A stretch of DNA of 64,000 nucleotides from the human T2T-CHM13v2.0 reference genome, Homo sapiens. The notes beneath the pieces were generated by a model that worked only from the letters and a program-made list of their open reading frames with translations, was not told the DNA's origin and ran no database searches. A program made the translations under genes and the position numbers. The stretch lies in NCBI RefSeq assembly GCF_009914755.1, contig NC_060931.1; one strand, given 5' to 3'. Of this stretch, positions 57,708 through 64,000 are shown piece by piece (the stretch's first letter is position 1; the number at the start of each line of letters is the position of its first letter).

Positions 57708-58784
57708 CTAGGGAGAAAAAAAAGATTATTCTCATTACTATTTCCAAAAAGTGAAAGAAAATTGAGAATTAAAAACAGAACTCAAGAAGAAACAAGATCC
57801 TATTCATATCATCAAAAAAAGTCTGTAGACAGACATGTGACTATGTACAACAACAAAGAGGGGCAATAAACCAAACAATGTGAAGCACCCTGTCCCTCTA
57901 AACAGCCAAAACAGATCCCAGAAACACATCTCAAAACCCCACTCATGAGCACTTCATCATGAAAAGAATAAATGTGGTTATTTGATTTCCAGGTCACAAT
58001 AACAAAAGCAGAAAAAAGGTTATTTATAGTGCATATGACAATAATAAGGTACTTCCCAAGGAATAGTAGCCAAAGATCAGATTATTTCCCAGGTTAAAAG
58101 TAGGAAGATCAGGGCCAAAATGGAATTACTGGCGATATGTAAAAGAAAACTATAATCACCAATTAGTATATCCCAACACTGGAGACAAATGCACCAGGCA
58201 AGCATAATTTGATGACAACTAATAAAAATTATCCAATTAATTTCCTGTTAATTCCACATTCACTAAATGAACTTCCAATGATCATCTGGCTTTCCAATTA
58301 TATTTGTCAATAAAAAGAATATCAGTAAATATTCTGGATTTCTTGGTGCTGTAATTATATGTCTCACATGCATTATTACATTGGCATTCTAATTTATACA
58401 TCAGTTTCTTGTATGGTTAGAAAATATATCAATATCAACTTAAGTATACCAAAAACAAAGATTCTGGAACTCTTACAGAGGCCAAAGGCCAGACCCAGAA
58501 TATAGTGACCTGCTGCCCTGGGTCCTGCTGCCCTGTGGGCAGATGTTGCTTCCTACTATGGGCACAGCAATTGCTTCTGAAGGCAATACTTAACTTGCAG
58601 CCCAGTATAAAAACTGGATTCTCAGTTACAACTTCATGGTAATCATTACATAACCCTCCCATAAATCTAAGGTAGTTTTACATACACTGTAATTTGTTTT
58701 TTATATACTACACACATATATACTCTACTTTTCTATTCACAGAGAAGTAGAAATGTTAGGACAAACATAAAACATTTTGCTTAC

Positions 58785-58911
58785 TTTTTTCTCCACTTTC
58801 TCCCCAACTCTCAAAGTATTCCTTTGTTTCTTTTTCAATTATAGAAACATGCTGTTTAAAGTGGGCTATGTTAAGGCCACTTTTTAACATTTTCTTCTGC
58901 TCCAAGAAAAC
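58785..58911 (-). CDS. CYP51A1: CYP51A1 exon 4 (VFLEQKKML...GESGEK)
   Basis: gaag|GTT, AAA|gtaagc, 127 nt, phase 0/1. Confidence 0.95.
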
Positions 58912-59667
58912 CTTCAAAAAAATTCAAAACGGGGATACGGCATTAAAACACATTTTTGTTTTATCATAAAATCCATTTAGGTTATTATAATTATGTAACA
59001 CTAACACAAGTAATGGTTTTAACCCTTTGGGCATTTACATTTTAAGAGTCTAAATGAATAGATCTATCTGACTCTAAATGAATAGAGTCTAAATGAATAT
59101 ATATATCTGAACAGAGGGATTTTCCAGGGCCCTGTTTTTTGGCCTTAAGGAGAGGCATTCATTCCCTCATTCCCCATCACTAGAAACAAGATTTAATGTT
59201 AACTCTTAACTGCTATACTAGGGTACTGGCTAATGTGTGTTACATTCACAGCCAGAGCCCATACCAAGCATTGGGGCCAATTGTCTGATTTGTGTTCTAT
59301 ATCAACTTAAAACAATTTCGTATTTGGCTTTTGAGGGTAAAACATACACATAGATGTACCCCACACGTGAAGTTGTTGCATTAAAAGAGGACTTCTGAAG
59401 TCAGCAATCTCTAAACAGCGCTTATGTTAGAATTTCAGGCAGGAATGGGTAGGCAGGAAGTCCTTTTGATGAAGTAACAGCATTGTCTAATAACCCTTTC
59501 AAATTAAATCCCAGTATGCTAAGTTATCATTGATTCCATTATTTGTACAGGAAGCCCTTTAATATTGTTTAGCCATGACAGCAAATATAAAACTAAATAC
59601 CCATTACTTATCAGTTATCCATGGCCTTTCTTCTCATGATTCTTCAGACTTTTGAACCAAGGAATAA

Positions 59668-60102
<435 letters not shown>

Positions 60103-60159
60103 TAGCTATAACTACTGAGGTATAGATTTGTCTTTATTTATGGTAACAGTGTCACCTAC

Positions 60160-60336
60160 TGGATTAGGCACATCGTATGCAACTCCCTTCCCAAACACAG
60201 GTGTTGTCAGGCGACTGTAGACATCTTCTGCATTCAGGTCTTCATTTTTACTATTAAAAAGCAGTGCAGCAGCATCACTCCCCAGAAGGTAAGTAAATGT
60301 CTTGCCTACCATGGTAAAACTAAATACAGGTCCATA
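60160..60336 (-). CDS. CYP51A1: CYP51A1 exon 3 ([11 protein letters not shown]...YDVPNP)
   Basis: ttag|TAT, CCA|gtaggt, 177 nt; SRS1 [10 protein letters not shown]. Confidence 0.95.
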
Positions 60337-60899
60337 CTAAAAAGAGAAAAGTACATATAGTGATGTTACAAAAAATATGCAACACTACGACAGTAACTTT
60401 TTAAAATCACAAAATAATGCATTATTAAAAAAATAAAAACATATATAAACCTTAAAGCAATTCTTTTCATCTTGCCATACTCCTCCTTCCTTTGTCCAAA
60501 TTTATAATTATGTTCATTTAGTTGCAAATGTAGTATAAATATAACTGTTTATTATGCTTTTTTCAGTTTATATTGACAATGTTTTCTATTGTCTATATAA
60601 ACATCACAATGTTAATTTACTGACTACTCTTTCATTATTGGACATATGGGTGATATGTCAGGGTTTTCTTTAGTTATTACAGCTAATTCTGTGATGAACA
60701 CCTCTGAAAATATAGACTTCTTCCCCCTTTGGTTAAAAACAAATTTTACAAGACTAGCCAAAGAATTTGACCTTTTCTATAGTACCTGCTATGTGAAGAC
60801 ACTACAAGTTTATTTATCTATTTTAGCACTATCTCACCTACACTAAATGACTTCATTTTTTATTTTATATTAATTTGGTTAGATGTTAAATACTTTCCC

Positions 60900-62720
60900 T
60901 TGCAGTTTTCTGGTTATGATTGAAGACTAGACTCTGGGGGTATAATCATGAAAAAAAATACTGTCCCAACTCACCAAGCTTAGTCTATTGGAAAAAATAC
61001 AAATTAATCAAATAATCACATTAACAAACATAAAACTGCAAATGTGACAAGTATTACAGAAAGGAAAGCAACTCTGTGATGAGAGAATCTAAAAAAGGGA
61101 GACCTAATAGAGGAAAAGACAACTAGGTTGAGACCAGAAGAATGAGGAGCTGGTTTGGTAGCTAAACATACACAAAGGCCCTAAAAGTAAGAGAAAGAGA
61201 AAGGAGGAGATGAGAGTTGAGCATTAGGCAGTGCTAGACCATACAGAGCCTCATAAGCCATTTTGAGGAAGTTTTTAAACGGGTGACAAGAATTTTTCAG
61301 AGAAAAAGGAAAGATGCCATTGAAAAAGAAGTCAACAATACACTGAGAAAACAAATAAAAGTAAAAAGTTCCTGAGACAAAAGAGGGATGGAGAGTTCAG
61401 CCTCCGATAAGAGGCAAAATATAGTTGTAATAAAATCAAAGTGGTAGAACGCAGTGAGCCAGACTGTCCGTGTTCAAATCCCAGCTCCTCCACCTACTTG
61501 CTGTATGACTTTGGTCCTATAGTCAGAGAACTTAGTCTCTCTGTGTTTCGTTTCTCTCACCTATAAAATGGTAATAATAATAATAGCAGTTCTTCACAGA
61601 GCTGCTGCCAAATTTTATATACAGGGCAGAGAAGAGTACCTTGGCTTACTTAGCATCTTAATGACTTGTTTTCCATTATTGTTATCATTAATAAAAGTAT
61701 AGGCTCAGAAATCAGACCATGTGTAAATCCTGGCTTGGCCACTGTCTAGCAGTGAGTCCAAGAAGAAATTATATATCCTCTCTGCTTCTCAGTTTTGTCA
61801 TCTATAAAACAAATATACCTGAAAGGGTTTTTGTGGAGCTTCAGTGAGATGATCTTTGTAAAGCACTAAGTACTGGCATAAAGTAAGTGTTTGATAATTA
61901 TTACTGTGATAGGAAGAAAGAGAATAGGATTACTATATAAATACAAGTAGGTTTGCATATTTGAAATTGAGAAAATGAGGAAGTTTTCTTTGAATGTTTT
62001 AATAATTGTCTCCTAAATCAACGTTTTTAATCATTGTCTCCTAAACAGGAGAAAAAATCATCTGCTTTGATGGAGAGGTAGAAAGATTCAGAAGTTTAGA
62101 AAAGTGAAGGTTTGAATTAGTCACTGTAATGAGTGGAAAAGTAGGCCCAATCACAAGAACATAATAGGACTGTGGAGCAGTGTTCAAATATCATTAAGGT
62201 AGGCAATCATAAAATCAGGAAGAAACTAATCTGGTGCAGAAGGAGACAATAACTGGCTGCCTCCAAGGGTGACTTCTGCCAGCTGAACACAATGAAAAGA
62301 TGCGGGGTCGAGGAAATTTAAAGTACAGTATTGCCAAGAGTGTAACAGAAACGACATGCCATGGACCCAAAGCGGAAAGAGGAAAGTGAAGAATGAAGGC
62401 TGATGGATCAGGAGAAAGTAAATGGAATGCAAGATCCAATGAGGTCAAAGAATAGTTATAATTTAAGGAGTTGCACAAGCAAACCAGGAGACGGTATGGT
62501 CTACGAATAGGATATCTAAATTAATATTGTGGAAGTGAAACAGTTAAGAGTGACAAGTCCAAAGCGAGACTGTGAAGTAAATGGCTTAACTGGCACAGGG
62601 AAGCTCATTAGAGAGAAGACGGGCAAATAATTGAGTAGCTATGGTGTCATGTGGGTCATTCAAGTGGACAGTGAAATCACAGAAGATGTATAGAGCAGGT
62701 TAGAAAACCCCACAGATGCA
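60900..62720. mobile_element. L2 and MIR relics
   Basis: MIR cores at about 61470-61600 (gttcaaatcccagctc) and 61710-61890; purine-rich L2-like tracts. Confidence 0.5.
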
Positions 62721-63053
62721 TGGTAAAGAAAAATGAGGGTTAATTAATATCAATTTTAATGACAATAAGTGAATAGAAAACTCAGAACAGTGGCTTTTAA
62801 ACCATAGTTGCCAGAACTACAGGTTTCCTCAATGGTGTCTCAAAGACGACCCCAGGACATGGGAAAAGCTAAAAGGATAGGTATCTATAAGACACCATCT
62901 CTTAAACCAGAGCAGTTTCCATTTTGTTTCCTATACTGAGGATATGTATATGATTACAATGTTTTTAAATGTTCTGCCACTTTTTTAAAAAAGTTTAAAA
63001 AGCACTTCTCTAGTTGTTTTTTTTTTTTTCCTCTAATTATTTGGAAGACTTAC

Positions 63054-63152
63054 CTTCTCATATGCATTTTCTAGAAATTCAATTGGACTTTTCCCAAATG
63101 CTATGGCATGCCCAAGGAATGGAATTGGGGAGAAAATGTATGGAGGACTTTT
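63054..63152 (-). CDS. CYP51A1: CYP51A1 exon 2 ([16 protein letters not shown]...NAYEK)
   Basis: gtag|AAA acceptor, AAG|gtaagt donor, 99 nt. Confidence 0.95.
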
Positions 63153-63511
63153 CTACAAGAGAAAAAAATAGTAAATTCAATTCGTGTTTCATTTCAAGAG
63201 AGAAACCCAGTTTCGTTTCATGACCAAACAATTAAACAAAATAGCTATTAAGACTTCAAAAAAAAGTTACCAAAAAAAAGGAAGCATCAGAAGTAACTTG
63301 AGAACAGCCAAATTGCAAATACCTCAAGAGAGTAGCTATTGTAGAAAAGAACAGAAACTCAAAACACGGTATAAGATAAACGACCAGATAAACACTAAGG
63401 CACTGTAAATTTAAATGATGGACACTGTCCAGAATATGTCCAATTATTATTGGTGTCTCCAGGCAACTTTTCTAACCATTAGTAGCAAAAAACCAAAAAG
63501 GTCAAACTACA

Positions 63512-63840
63512 CTTGTCCCTTGGCATTTGTGGAGAACTGGTCCCAGGACCCCCTCACAGATTTGTATCCAGGGATCCTCAAGTCCCTTATATAAAATGGC
63601 AAAGTATTTGCGTATAACCTATGCACATCCTCTCATATACCTTAAACCATTTCTATATTACTTACAATACCCAATACAATGTAAAGGCTATATAAACTGT
63701 TATTAAACTGTGTTTTTTTATTTGTATTATTTTTTATTGTTGTGTTATTTTGTATTGGGTTTTTTTCCCCTGGGTATTTTAGATCTACACTTGGCTGAAT
63801 TCCCAAATGTGGAATTCGTGTCCCCAGAGGGCCCACTATA
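63512..63840. mobile_element. MER2 (TcMar-Tigger)
   Basis: ggtcccaggaccccc...caagtcccttatataaaatgg...gagggcccactata. Confidence 0.75.
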
Positions 63841-64000
63841 TTGTTTCTTCACTACTTACTACTACTACTACTCACAATTTTAGTCCCAGATACTTGCTTA
63901 AAGAAGGTATAGAAAAAGACAAGCAGTAACTTGTAGTATAGAAAGAAGGGAAATGTTTAAGAAGCTATATTTACTTCTCAGTAAACAATCAATCTCATGC

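Overview
Primate genomic DNA, almost certainly human 7q21.2, with two convergent protein-coding genes. On the + strand is the 3' part of AKAP9 (AKAP450/CG-NAP): 24 GT-AG coding exons from 1313 to the stop at 41440. They splice into one open frame of 5394 nt (1797 aa + stop, ending ...STTQFHAGMRR*), which matches exons 27-50 of the 3907-aa isoform as I recall it, including the second PKA-RII helix and the PACT domain. Its poly(A) signal is at 41925. On the - strand are CYP51A1 (lanosterol 14-alpha demethylase) exons 2-10 (63152 down to the stop at 44946; 445 aa + stop; exon 1 lies beyond the window), with an Alu-containing 3'UTR reaching about 43435. Introns hold about 30 Alus plus L1, L2, MIR, DNA-transposon and solo-LTR relics. 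Most short ORFs in the supplied track are Alu/L1 artefacts. I see no RNA genes and no new multi-gene system; this is a well-studied locus. The least explained signals are an L1 with an apparent 3' transduction, a TSD-flanked antisense mRNA-like insert at about 23.5 kb, two Alus 2.1 kb apart sharing a duplicated B-box, an Alu acceptor in frame with AKAP9 exon 41, an inverted-Alu back-splicing layout around exons 41-45, and a candidate internal promoter and microexon in intron 28. Exon numbers, isoform comparisons and repeat subfamily names are from memory and pattern recognition, not from a search.
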